Shown piece after piece: positions 16,673 through 25,498 of a stretch of 64,000 nucleotides of DNA. The stretch is from a virus (lineage: Duplodnaviria; Caudoviricetes), in the IMG/VR virus record IMGVR_UViG_3300017912_003441, positions 55,264 to 119,263 of that record, one strand, 5' to 3'. The position numbers and the translations under genes are program-made. Under the pieces are notes generated by a model. That model did not search any database, had not been told where the DNA came from, and saw only the letters and a list, made by a program, of their open reading frames with translations. Position 1 is the first letter of the stretch. Each line of letters begins with the position of its first letter.

Positions 16673-17170
16673 CTAAGATGGTAGTTGTTTAATCATCTCT
16701 TGTCGTATGCGAGCTATACCTTCAGGTGGTTCTGTAGAGTCAAGTTTCATTCGGACTTTAGCCATTCGCTTCCCATTAACAGAAGTAACTGCAGCACTAA
16801 TATCATCATTGTCAATATCTTCTAAGTGACCTAGCTCAACTTCAAAATCAATCTCTAACTCTTTAATATTGAGATGATTACCATGAGTTAATGTAATAAG
16901 AGGTACATCTACTTCTACAGGATCTCCATCGTGAGTCGGTAGACTTAACCTAAACAAATTAGGATGACCATCTTTATCAAAGAATCTTTCTAGAAAATGC
17001 TCAACAACCTGCTCGTCTACTTTACGCTGCGCCATAATAGTCGAGCGATAGATAGAACGTACTAACTGATTAAAAGTCTTTGCAGCTTTAGATTTAGTTT
17101 GCTTAGGTTTTGTTCCTCCAAAACCAACACTGCTTTCGTCATCATCTTTACCGTATGAATATTTTGGCAC
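16673..17170 (-). CDS. DUF2589-family protein (second type)
   Basis: VPLITLTHGNHLNIKELEIDFEV...EPPEGIARI. Confidence 0.75.
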   Translation of the reverse strand: MPKYSYGKDDDESSVGFGGTKPKQTKSKAAKTFNQLVRSIYRSTIMAQRKVDEQVVEHFLERFFDKDGHPNLFRLSLPTHDGDPVEVDVPLITLTHGNHLNIKELEIDFEVELGHLEDIDNDDISAAVTSVNGKRMAKVRMKLDSTEPPEGIARIRQEMIKQLPS

Positions 17171-17205
17171 AACATTATTTTAACATAATCCGAATAGTAT
17201 GCAAC

Positions 17206-17243
17206 TATAAAAAAAGGCGGCCGAAGCCACCTTTTGCACACTA
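17206..17243 (-). terminator. cUUCGg terminator, repeat copy 2
   Basis: TATAAAAAAAGGCGGCCGAAGCCACCTTTTGCACACTA. Confidence 0.9.
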
Positions 17244-17266
17244 ATCATATTTTTTGTTTTCTGAGC

Positions 17267-18286
17267 TCATAGTTCTAAGTTTAATCTTTCTATTGTTATA
17301 TTAAACCAATTAGTAGGTTTAGGCTTATTAGTAGGTATTTTTGAAAAGTTTATATTAGGGCTAAACGTTGCGTAACCTGCTTGCTCAGCGTCATTACTAT
17401 TAGCATATTGTTCGTAGTGATTAGGGAGTGGTACCATTAATAAAGGCTTACAGAGGTTAATAGCTTCAGAGCTGGTTTCGAATCCTCCTGTACAGATAAC
17501 ACTTGAACATACTTTCATACGTTGCTGAAATAATTCAGCATCTACATTAAACAATTTAACATTATCTGGCACGTTAATGTGTTCTTTAGTGAGCCTAGTA
17601 AAGCATTCTACTTTAGTATCAGGATATTTTCTAGCCTCATTAAACAAATCTCTTAGCATTCCTTCGTTAATGAGATAACAAAGAATAAAGTCCTCGTTAT
17701 CAGCACTCTTTATATAGGCTTGTTTTCTTAATAAAGGAGGGGATATCGTTATCTTTGCATCAGGAATATCATAATAACTTAATCCGATTTTACACGATCT
17801 AAGAGATGTAGCCCAGTTAAGTATTTTTAGAAATAGCTTTTGAATCTTAAATCCTTCAATCTTAGGGTATGCTGACTGTGTCATACAAAACTGATGACTA
17901 ATACTAACATACTTAGTCTGCCAATTAATCAAAGATGACAAGCCTACAAGTGGGTCATAAAAGTTAACTATAATATCTGGTTTAGTTACTTTAATATGAT
18001 ATAAAATTTTTATCAAAGAGTATATTATTATCGGTAGCTTGATTGTATTATGCAAAAATGTTTTCCATAAAACCACTCTTCCTGTACTATCAAAAATAAA
18101 ATCAAAGCCACTATACGTAAATAATTTGAATTCATCTTTAAAGTATTGAGGTATACCTTTTTTTTTGTTTGGTACAACAGCGCTTACAATTTCATACTCT
18201 TCTTTATTTAAATGTTCTTTAAGAGCGAGCGCTTGCGTTAAATGCCCATTACCTTCTGTACACGCACTTACTAAAATTCTTTTCAT
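17267..18286 (-). CDS. GT-B glycosyltransferase (MJ1255/GT28-like)
   Basis: EGNGHLTQA; TGGFETSSEA..LCKPLLMVP...HYEQYAN. Confidence 0.85.
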   Translation of the reverse strand: MKRILVSACTEGNGHLTQALALKEHLNKEEYEIVSAVVPNKKKGIPQYFKDEFKLFTYSGFDFIFDSTGRVVLWKTFLHNTIKLPIIIYSLIKILYHIKVTKPDIIVNFYDPLVGLSSLINWQTKYVSISHQFCMTQSAYPKIEGFKIQKLFLKILNWATSLRSCKIGLSYYDIPDAKITISPPLLRKQAYIKSADNEDFILCYLINEGMLRDLFNEARKYPDTKVECFTRLTKEHINVPDNVKLFNVDAELFQQRMKVCSSVICTGGFETSSEAINLCKPLLMVPLPNHYEQYANSNDAEQAGYATFSPNINFSKIPTNKPKPTNWFNITIERLNLEL

Positions 18287-18987
18287 AGTTTAATTAATTT
18301 TATTTCACCTTCAGTCGTCTCAATCACGCAAGTATTTGATTCAACAAAATCACCACAATTAACATAATGTATGCTATCTTTTTTATAATCTGCTGGTTTG
18401 TGTATATGACCGGTAATAACACCATTACTTTTACTATTTTTAACAAATTTAAAAACAGCGTCTTCATAATTCGCCATATATTTTACAGCTTCTTTAGCTC
18501 TACTTTTGAGAAATTTACTAAAGCTAAATTTAAACCATCTAGTTATTTTATTAAGAGCTAAGCTTAATTCGTAGAACTTTGCGCCTATAACTTGAATCCA
18601 TTTATGTTTAGTAATAACCCCATCAAATTGATCCCCATGAATAATAATATATTCTCTACCTCTAAGAGTTTTATGATATGCTGTTCTACATATTTTTATG
18701 TCTCCTAGGAAATAACCATCAAAATAAGATAAGAAATCATCATGATTACCCCAGATATATCTAATTTTAACACCCTTTCTAGAGTGTTTTAGTAGCTTTT
18801 GAATAATAGTATTATAGTTCGGATGCCACCTAAAATTATTTCTAAGTAACCAACCATCAATAAAATCTCCTACGATGTATATATACTCACATTCTATATT
18901 TTTAATAAGGTTGAGTATTATTTCGTGATTACTATACTCAGAACCTAAATGGCAATCTGATATGAAAAGGGATCTCACCTTCATCAC
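18283..18987 (-). CDS. metallophosphoesterase, LpxH/PlcP (phospholipase C)-like
   Basis: SDCHLG, VGDFIDGW, GNHD, HGDQFD, GHIH, NCGDFVES motifs. Confidence 0.88.
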   Translation of the reverse strand: MMKVRSLFISDCHLGSEYSNHEIILNLIKNIECEYIYIVGDFIDGWLLRNNFRWHPNYNTIIQKLLKHSRKGVKIRYIWGNHDDFLSYFDGYFLGDIKICRTAYHKTLRGREYIIIHGDQFDGVITKHKWIQVIGAKFYELSLALNKITRWFKFSFSKFLKSRAKEAVKYMANYEDAVFKFVKNSKSNGVITGHIHKPADYKKDSIHYVNCGDFVESNTCVIETTEGEIKLIKL

Positions 18988-19006
18988 TATTATTTATTCA
19001 CTCTTA

Positions 19007-19043
19007 TATAAAAAAGGTGGCCGAAGCCACCTTTAGCACACTA
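19007..19043 (-). terminator. cUUCGg terminator, repeat copy 3
   Basis: TATAAAAAAGGTGGCCGAAGCCACCTTTAGCACACTA. Confidence 0.9.
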
Positions 19044-19108
19044 TCTTCACACGGCAGATTATTCGCCAGGTTTATTACCTTCAATCACCTTATCTAAAAA
19101 TAACTCAA

Positions 19109-19759
19109 TCATTGTTTACTCCAGAGAGCTTCAGCAACATTAGGGAAATGATCTTTAAGGATGCTCTTACACTCCTCTGCTATATCTCTATGCTCCTTCT
19201 GTGTGTTTTCTTCTGTTCTCAAATCAATATAATGTATCCAGCTTCTAATACTTCCTTTCATATACATAGTAGTTTGTGTTGTTAATGGCAACACCATACG
19301 AGCTTGCTCTTTAGCAACTCCTTGTGTGATAAGTTTATCATAAGTCATCATCGCTGTATCTATAGAGTGTTGTACTACGTTCTTAAGTACAGGGTCATCT
19401 ATTACATCCGAACTACTCTGTCTATTAGTCTCTGCTTTAGATCTTAATTCGATTGGCTCTATTTCTGTCGCAGCGCTATAACGTTGAGAGAATTCTTGAA
19501 AAGAAAAGCTCCTGTGTCTTAATATTTGCGCTGCAATTGCTCTTGATGTTTTGATCTCTACACACATATCAACCATTTCAAATGGTGACCAATGTTTATG
19601 CTTTATTAGAAACTTAAGCAGCCTAGGAGCTGTTTGTGCGTTGTTTTGATTTTCTGGGTTACTTACTCGAGCACAATATGCAATTAAGTCTTCAGGGAAA
19701 CCAGTTGCTTCATGATCGAACGGCTGGGTGAGTGATATAAGTTTAACTTTGTTATTCAT
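19109..19759 (-). CDS. thyX: flavin-dependent thymidylate synthase
   Basis: RHRSFSFQEFSQRY motif; HWSPFE. Confidence 0.96.
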   Translation of the reverse strand: MNNKVKLISLTQPFDHEATGFPEDLIAYCARVSNPENQNNAQTAPRLLKFLIKHKHWSPFEMVDMCVEIKTSRAIAAQILRHRSFSFQEFSQRYSAATEIEPIELRSKAETNRQSSSDVIDDPVLKNVVQHSIDTAMMTYDKLITQGVAKEQARMVLPLTTQTTMYMKGSIRSWIHYIDLRTEENTQKEHRDIAEECKSILKDHFPNVAEALWSKQ

Positions 19760-19810
19760 TATTTTTGGTCATCGCGACAATGTATATTTCATAAATATAT
19801 TTAGATTGTA

Positions 19811-20005
19811 ATGGTTAATAGACCACAGTGGCCTTTGAATAGCGAGGTGCTTAGAAACTATACTCTTTATATGGAAAACGAACTTGGACATAATTATTTG
19901 AATACTTCATTTACTGGAGCGACTACGGCTGAGAATCCACAAGTACAAGAACAAGATACTGAACAAGAGGAGTGTTGCGGTAGCGGGTGTGGGTGCCATG
20001 ATTAG
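19811..20005 (+). CDS. small peptide with C-terminal CCGSGCGCH motif (start may be 19871)
   Basis: ORF track; ATAAATA upstream. Confidence 0.55.
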   Translation: MVNRPQWPLNSEVLRNYTLYMENELGHNYLNTSFTGATTAENPQVQEQDTEQEECCGSGCGCHD

Positions 20006-20421
20006 ATTATATCCACTTGGATATTATTTTTACGTAGAAAGTCGATACCATCGGTAATTCTATACGCTTCAGCGCAAACAACTCTCTTTATCTCTGCTTG
20101 AACAATTAACTTAGCACAATCAAAGCATGGGCTCAGAGTTAAATAGATTGTGCTACCTTTACTACTGTTCGCGCCTTTAGCTAGTTTCATTAAAGCATTA
20201 GACTCAGCGTGTAATACTTCTCGCTTTGTCGTTAAAACCCCTGATACAAAATGCTCACACTCATTATCAAACCCTGAAGGAGTGCCATTATACCCATCGG
20301 AAATAATTTGACCATCTTTAACAACTAGACAGCCTACCTTCTTACGAGTAGCCTTTGATAGATTAGCCCATACAGCGGCCATCCTCAAATAAGTTTTATC
20401 TAATTCTAACTGACTAGGCAT
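20002..20421 (-). CDS. dCMP deaminase
   Basis: GYNGTP, HAESNA, SPCFDCAK; start moved to MPSQ. Confidence 0.93.
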   Translation of the reverse strand: MPSQLELDKTYLRMAAVWANLSKATRKKVGCLVVKDGQIISDGYNGTPSGFDNECEHFVSGVLTTKREVLHAESNALMKLAKGANSSKGSTIYLTLSPCFDCAKLIVQAEIKRVVCAEAYRITDGIDFLRKNNIQVDII

Positions 20422-21151
20422 TCCAAAGTTGTAGTTGTTTGTGTAAGTTTCCTTGATACTTGTGACGACCAATATGAACTAAATTAGTATCTGTAGCGCA
20501 GTAGATCTCTCCACCACATTCTTTCCATAGCTGACAAAATCCATAATCTTCACTCTCATACTTCTTCGTCTTAGGATTAACTCTCACTGAGAAGAAGTCA
20601 TAGAAATTATCACCTGCTCCCATATAAAAATCAATATCATTTTTGTACTTTAAGTCTGGTCGAGCTTTAATTATTGTCTCAAATACTGATCTATGTATCA
20701 ACATAAAACCAGTAGCACCATAATTTACTTTGATAACTTTATCTAATTTAGTACCTGCAGGTATCTCTGTACTAAAGTCTGTAGAATAACTTTCCCAGTC
20801 TTTATCTAAAGATTGTTTACGTTTAATGTAGTCTTCAATCTTTTCTTTTCTAAGATACTTCTTACAATAAGCTCCTATTGCTAATGGCTTCTTTACCTTT
20901 GCGACCTCATTAAAGTCATTTGGTTCAAAGGCCATGTCAGTATCAACAAAGAGCATATAGTCACAATCAGATTTTAAGAAGAAAGCTGCAGCACTATTTC
21001 GACCTCTACTGATTAAGCTCTCTGCTGTTATGGGGTGGAATATTGCTGCATATCTTCTGCTTTGGAGCGAATGCTGAAGCTTCATCATACTCATCATGAA
21101 CTCAGCATGAACCTGACCTCCGTATGCTATTATTGGTATGAATATCCTCAC
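20414..21151 (-). CDS. GT-A (GT2-like) glycosyltransferase
   Basis: SLISRGRN, LFVDTD, GATGFMLI, SEDYGFC. Confidence 0.85.
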   Translation of the reverse strand: MRIFIPIIAYGGQVHAEFMMSMMKLQHSLQSRRYAAIFHPITAESLISRGRNSAAAFFLKSDCDYMLFVDTDMAFEPNDFNEVAKVKKPLAIGAYCKKYLRKEKIEDYIKRKQSLDKDWESYSTDFSTEIPAGTKLDKVIKVNYGATGFMLIHRSVFETIIKARPDLKYKNDIDFYMGAGDNFYDFFSVRVNPKTKKYESEDYGFCQLWKECGGEIYCATDTNLVHIGRHKYQGNLHKQLQLWNA

Positions 21152-21357
21152 TCAGTAATAAGCATTTCGTTCTGACTAGCGCCAGCAGGAGAGTTAGACA
21201 GTTTTAATATTGTGTCTAAGTCTTCTTTTACTTTTGTGCTTCCCCATCTAGTACAAATGACTGTACCTTCAGGTAGTGGGTCTATACTTACAACAGTATC
21301 GAGATTGAATAACATCTCAGCATTATCTGAGCCGTGTAGTTTAATGAAGTGTGCCAT
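21148..21357 (-). CDS. FlbD/SwrD-like small protein (paralog of 7182..7373)
   Basis: FIKL...FNLDTVVSI...T...VKEDLDTI. Confidence 0.55.
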   Translation of the reverse strand: MAHFIKLHGSDNAEMLFNLDTVVSIDPLPEGTVICTRWGSTKVKEDLDTILKLSNSPAGASQNEMLITE

Positions 21358-21923
21358 TATTTTTTATATTGATCTAGAGCGGAAGGATCTTTCTTTAGAC
21401 GTTCTGAAACTTTGTATGCTTGCTCTCTTACCTTGTATGGTATTTGAGTTTTTAATTGCGCATAACTCGATAAGCGAGAGAACAAACAAGCTAACTTATC
21501 CCACATTTTAACGAGAGGTTTATTTCTATACTCGTCGAAATATTGTTGCTCAATCTTCCACATAGTTTCCTGCTCTTGCTTCTCTTTCTTTGTCTGAACA
21601 ACATGAGTACCAACAAACTCTTTAGAATCTAGTTTACCGTTCTTAAAGACAAACTTAAAGTCGAACCAATGCTCAGTCTCGCTTTCATCTTTTACTGATG
21701 TGTAAAAGTCAACCGCACCTGTATATGTATCCTTCTCCCAATTGTCTTCGCTTAGCACTGATGCTTTATATAATTGTCTACGATGGACTTTATAAGTAAA
21801 CATCGCATTCTCTAAGCTTTTAGTTTGAAAGACTACGTCATCATCAAATAATTTTTCTGTCTTCTTATCTAAGATACCTCTCAAATAAGCTACCGGTACT
21901 TTAATATCGTCGAACATTCCCAT
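21357..21923 (-). CDS. conserved phage hypothetical protein (MGMFD...FQTKSL family)
   Basis: MGMFDDI, FQTKSLEN, F.F.NGKL. Confidence 0.75.
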   Translation of the reverse strand: MGMFDDIKVPVAYLRGILDKKTEKLFDDDVVFQTKSLENAMFTYKVHRRQLYKASVLSEDNWEKDTYTGAVDFYTSVKDESETEHWFDFKFVFKNGKLDSKEFVGTHVVQTKKEKQEQETMWKIEQQYFDEYRNKPLVKMWDKLACLFSRLSSYAQLKTQIPYKVREQAYKVSERLKKDPSALDQYKK

Positions 21924-21928
21924 ATTAA

Positions 21929-22129
21929 TTAATTAGGTAAAGGGTTAGTAAGTACCACTTTATATTTTCCTTCTGGAGCATCTTCTCCTTCTGCACGAGG
22001 TATTAGGGTACCAAATATTGCTTCATGTGCTCTTGTTACGCAGAGTGCGCTACCGTTGGGGTCGTTCAACCTGTCTATAATATGCTTCTTCAGCTCATCT
22101 AACGTTCTATATGCAATGTCGTCTTTCAT
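21929..22129 (-). CDS. hypothetical protein (paralog of 23733..23933)
   Basis: ORF track; similarity by eye. Confidence 0.65.
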   Translation of the reverse strand: MKDDIAYRTLDELKKHIIDRLNDPNGSALCVTRAHEAIFGTLIPRAEGEDAPEGKYKVVLTNPLPN

Positions 22130-22133
22130 TCTT

Positions 22134-22313
22134 CTAAATTAAAGTCGTCGCAGCGCCACCCGCGATACGATAACCCTCTAGTTGGTTATCCAGTGTAAGA
22201 TGTCTTACCATCCCTGTCCAGCATCGACCAGTCTGGGTCGCTTCTCTGTATCTAGATTCGAGATCGTTGGCAATGGAGGCGTTGTACTCACCGACTATTA
22301 AATTCTTTATCAT
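22134..22313 (-). CDS. hypothetical protein (59 aa, not in ORF track)
   Basis: ATGA-coupled to the upstream gene; MIKNLIVGEYNASIANDLESRY... Confidence 0.6.
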   Translation of the reverse strand: MIKNLIVGEYNASIANDLESRYREATQTGRCWTGMVRHLTLDNQLEGYRIAGGAATTLI

Positions 22314-22753
22314 ACGGGCCAGTAATATTCTAGATTATCTGGAGTAGAAGGCCATAACTTTCTGTACCAGCTACTATCTTTTTGAGTCAACATACTACGA
22401 TGAGACTCATGAAGCTTATGAATACCTAACCACGGAGGAAATACTAACTGTTTCGAATGATCATAAAGAGCAGATATTTTCTCGTAACAAGTATCTTTGT
22501 AGCCGCGTTCTTTCCAAGCCTTACATACTGCTTGACCATAATAAACTAATGCGTTAGCATAGTCATGTTTACCTTTAAGGTACCACATTTTACGACATGG
22601 ATGATTCTTCCAGCCTCTATACGGTCTATCTTCTTTCGATGCTTTGATAGAGTTAAGCAATTGAAGTACTTCTACTCTCTGCTTACCTAGACGCTTCTGG
22701 TCTAATACCTTCGCACTCTGATAGAAATTGTTATATGGTAGAAACGTTTGCAT
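22310..22753 (-). CDS. pyrimidine-dimer DNA glycosylase (DenV/MSMEG_6728-like)
   Basis: MQTFLPY...LDQKRLGKQRVE...HP...HESHRS. Confidence 0.88.
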   Translation of the reverse strand: MQTFLPYNNFYQSAKVLDQKRLGKQRVEVLQLLNSIKASKEDRPYRGWKNHPCRKMWYLKGKHDYANALVYYGQAVCKAWKERGYKDTCYEKISALYDHSKQLVFPPWLGIHKLHESHRSMLTQKDSSWYRKLWPSTPDNLEYYWPV

Positions 22754-23676
22754 TACTTCTTGAATATGTAGTGAGTTTTACTTTTACCTGCCTTATCAGC
22801 TTCCACAATTATACCATCATCCCGAAGTTTTTTCAACACATAATATGCTCGAGGTTTGTTTTTGATCTTCTTGGTCACCTCGTCAATGCTAAACTTACCA
22901 TCCTTAATCTTATCCGCAAGTTGCTTGATCGTAGTCGTCTCAGACTTGATGCGATGACTCTTCGGTGATGCTGTATTCTCTGCTTTTACTTCCTTGACTG
23001 TAGTCCAATCATAACCACGCGCAGTAAAGTTTAGCTCTCGAACTAATGTAGGTCCGAATCTATTCTTAGTAATATTCAGCACCACAGACTTATCTTCCAT
23101 CTCGTCGAAGTCATCATGACGAGTCAAATGACACACCACATCCACAGAGTGCGGCAACAACGTACTTCCTTTCATCTTACCAGTCTTAGTAATATGAGAG
23201 ATAATGAATACTGTAGTCTGATGCTTCTTAGCTGCAGCGCAAATCTTCTCAACACATTCTTTCTCATGAGCCAATCCGCGCTTGTTTGTATTCAGTGACT
23301 GGAAGCTATCTATGACTAACGCATCAAAGCTCGGGATATGTTTGAGGATGGAGTTAAGGTTAGTCTCATTACAAGCTAGAACATTCTTGACACCAATCCG
23401 ATCACAATTGACCTTAAGCAGCTCTATGCACTCTTCTCCAGAAATATATCCTACATTGTATTTCCGAATGGCGAGCTCCTCAAGCACTTGCAACAGGAAT
23501 GTAGTCTTACCAGTGCCAGGTTCCCCGCTCATAACAACAGTGCTAGAAGGGAGAAAACCATCACCAAAAGCATTATCTACTACGTCGATTCCAGACTTTA
23601 GACGATTGTAAAAGATATCAGGGACATCGATATTCGATATCTTTTCGAATTTAGTTTTGTTTATGTTTAATTTCAT
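22753..23676 (-). CDS. RadA/Sms-like RecA-family ATPase without Zn finger or Lon domain
   Basis: GEPGTGKTT, YISGEE, VIDSFQ, HITK, KNRFG; start moved to ATG 23676. Confidence 0.88.
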   Translation of the reverse strand: MKLNINKTKFEKISNIDVPDIFYNRLKSGIDVVDNAFGDGFLPSSTVVMSGEPGTGKTTFLLQVLEELAIRKYNVGYISGEECIELLKVNCDRIGVKNVLACNETNLNSILKHIPSFDALVIDSFQSLNTNKRGLAHEKECVEKICAAAKKHQTTVFIISHITKTGKMKGSTLLPHSVDVVCHLTRHDDFDEMEDKSVVLNITKNRFGPTLVRELNFTARGYDWTTVKEVKAENTASPKSHRIKSETTTIKQLADKIKDGKFSIDEVTKKIKNKPRAYYVLKKLRDDGIIVEADKAGKSKTHYIFKK

Positions 23677-23720
23677 CTCTGACAACACCAAGATTATAGC
23701 GTAGCCAGAGATCTAGTCAA
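23677..23720 (-). promoter_or_regulatory. early promoter plus GTGTTGTCAGAG leader
   Basis: TTGACT-16-TATAAT. Confidence 0.75.
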
Positions 23721-23732
23721 GTCTAAACTCGA

Positions 23733-23933
23733 CTATGACTCGTAAACATAAACCCATTCCTCTCCAGTTCCTTCGACTTCAGCTTCATCTGTTACGATGT
23801 TTCCGGATAAGGATTCATATGCTTTACATACGAGAGATGTATCGTTTGCGGATCTCATCTTTTCGATTACATATTGTCTTAATTCTTCTACTGGTTTTAC
23901 TTTCATATGCTTGTGATTGTGACGGGTTATCAT
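23733..23933 (-). CDS. hypothetical protein
   Basis: ORF track; paralog of 21929..22129. Confidence 0.6.
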   Translation of the reverse strand: MITRHNHKHMKVKPVEELRQYVIEKMRSANDTSLVCKAYESLSGNIVTDEAEVEGTGEEWVYVYES

Positions 23934-24079
23934 TATTAGCGCCCTTGTCCTCTATATTTCTTTGTATAGAGTTTAGAGCCTTTTTGGTTGCTAGTTTTAT
24001 TTTTAGAATGGCGACCATTCATTCTTTTCTTTTCATTTAGTCCTAACTTACTAGTTGTTGTCTTTTTTGCCATAAATTT

Positions 24080-24394
24080 TTACCATTTGTGTATAATATT
24101 AGCTATAATAAAAAAGCAAGTTATAACATTAATTAAGATAATACTCGTACGGAATATTAAACTAACGTTAGCTTGCTCTAGGGATAAGATAGGTATTTGA
24201 GGCTCATCATCATCTGTTTTACCTATCCGATGATCAACAGTTCGGCACCATATTAACCATAACTGTTTTAATTTCGATGTGTGACCAACATGGGTGAGGT
24301 TTGGTATGGCTGGTTTTTTTCGACCCTCAAACCACGACCACATAAAGAAGCAACCAAACACAACACCAAAAGAATACGGTAACAATACTTCCAT
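24080..24394 (-). CDS. membrane protein
   Basis: Two hydrophobic segments; TAAATAA upstream. Confidence 0.7.
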   Translation of the reverse strand: MEVLLPYSFGVVFGCFFMWSWFEGRKKPAIPNLTHVGHTSKLKQLWLIWCRTVDHRIGKTDDDEPQIPILSLEQANVSLIFRTSIILINVITCFFIIANIIHKW

Positions 24395-24413
24395 ATTAAT
24401 TTTAATTATTTAA

Positions 24414-24489
24414 TGGAGCCAGTTGTCAGATTCGAACCGACGACCGTTCGATTACAAATCGAGTGCTCTACCAACTGAGCTAAACTGGC
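24414..24489 (-). tRNA. tRNA-Thr(TGT)
   Basis: Canonical cloverleaf, anticodon loop TTTGTAA, CCA encoded. Confidence 0.95.
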
Positions 24490-24490
24490 G

Positions 24491-24856
24491 TTACTTAGCT
24501 ACTCTATATACATCATTATCATGATGATAGGTACTAACTTCGATGGCAGTAACACCGCCATCCTTTGCCATTAAACGATGAGCAACATTCTGTTCGATTT
24601 CAAAACATTCCTCTGAATCAACATCGTATTGAACTAATTCTGCATTGTCTGGCTCAATAACTTCTATAGTCAAAGTGCCTTGTAAGACATATATTGTTTT
24701 ATGTTTTAGAGAATGGAAATGAGTCGATGTAGTATGATTTTGGTTTATATTGAGAATGCGACCACTATAATTATTATTTTCGTTGTCGACAATCTTAATA
24801 ACATTACCCCAATCTTTATTTGTTACAGCTCCATATCTCTTATGTCTTACTTTCAT
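24491..24856 (-). CDS. cupin (PMI-like), paralog of 7585..7950
   Basis: KDWG...STHFHSLKHKTIYVLQG...AHRL. Confidence 0.8.
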   Translation of the reverse strand: MKVRHKRYGAVTNKDWGNVIKIVDNENNNYSGRILNINQNHTTSTHFHSLKHKTIYVLQGTLTIEVIEPDNAELVQYDVDSEECFEIEQNVAHRLMAKDGGVTAIEVSTYHHDNDVYRVAK

Positions 24857-24951
24857 TTTAATTAATTATGTACCTATTGGTTTATTTCAAATGAGTTATT
24901 CTGCAACAACTTTGTAGAAGTTATTGTTAATAGAGGAGGTGGTAATTATTT

Positions 24952-25488
24952 TTATTGTCTTTTTCTGTTAAGAAATTGAAAAAATGATCCCTCTAAGTTT
25001 GCTATAAAAATTTTATTTACAATACGAGATCTAATATGTTTTTGAATTACATTGTTTACTCTAATTGGATCAATTAATGGGGAATTTTGCTTAGACACTA
25101 TCTCTTCTAATTGCTCTATAGACATTTTAGATAGTTGTTCCTCGGTATAAATTTCTGGATTCTTATCTTTTTTAAATGGTAAAATACACGTACCAAAAAT
25201 AGCAACACATAGACCAGATGCAGTAGTAATCATTGCTTTTGAAATACCATAAGACAAGCCCTGTACATCTGCTCCTGCTCGTTGAAGAGCGTTAAATGTA
25301 TCTATCATACCTACAACTGTTCCTAACAAACCTAATAACGGAACCACCCCTATCATTAGATTAGTAAAATTTTTTGTATATCTTCGGCTCCAATAGAAAA
25401 CACCTATAAAAAAAGAAGATAAAAGTATAACGAGATTAACAGTACCACCTGACCACCAGTAGTCCCAACAAAATTTTAAATATTCCAC
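24952..25488 (-). CDS. MotA/TolQ/ExbB proton-channel family protein
   Basis: PLLGLLGTVVGMIDTF...GISKAMITTASGL. Confidence 0.88.
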   Translation of the reverse strand: MEYLKFCWDYWWSGGTVNLVILLSSFFIGVFYWSRRYTKNFTNLMIGVVPLLGLLGTVVGMIDTFNALQRAGADVQGLSYGISKAMITTASGLCVAIFGTCILPFKKDKNPEIYTEEQLSKMSIEQLEEIVSKQNSPLIDPIRVNNVIQKHIRSRIVNKIFIANLEGSFFQFLNRKRQ

Positions 25489-25498
25489 ACTTTAACTT

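Noticed and set aside
19059-19112. 17-aa ORF coupled to the thyX stop
   Set aside because: Too short to support; may be a remnant or chance
22144-22295. GC-richer stretch with several hairpins, a possible ncRNA or ribozyme
   Set aside because: It is fully occupied by a 59-aa ATGA-coupled ORF (22134-22313) and I recognise no RNA family; a dual role cannot be excluded without covariation analysis
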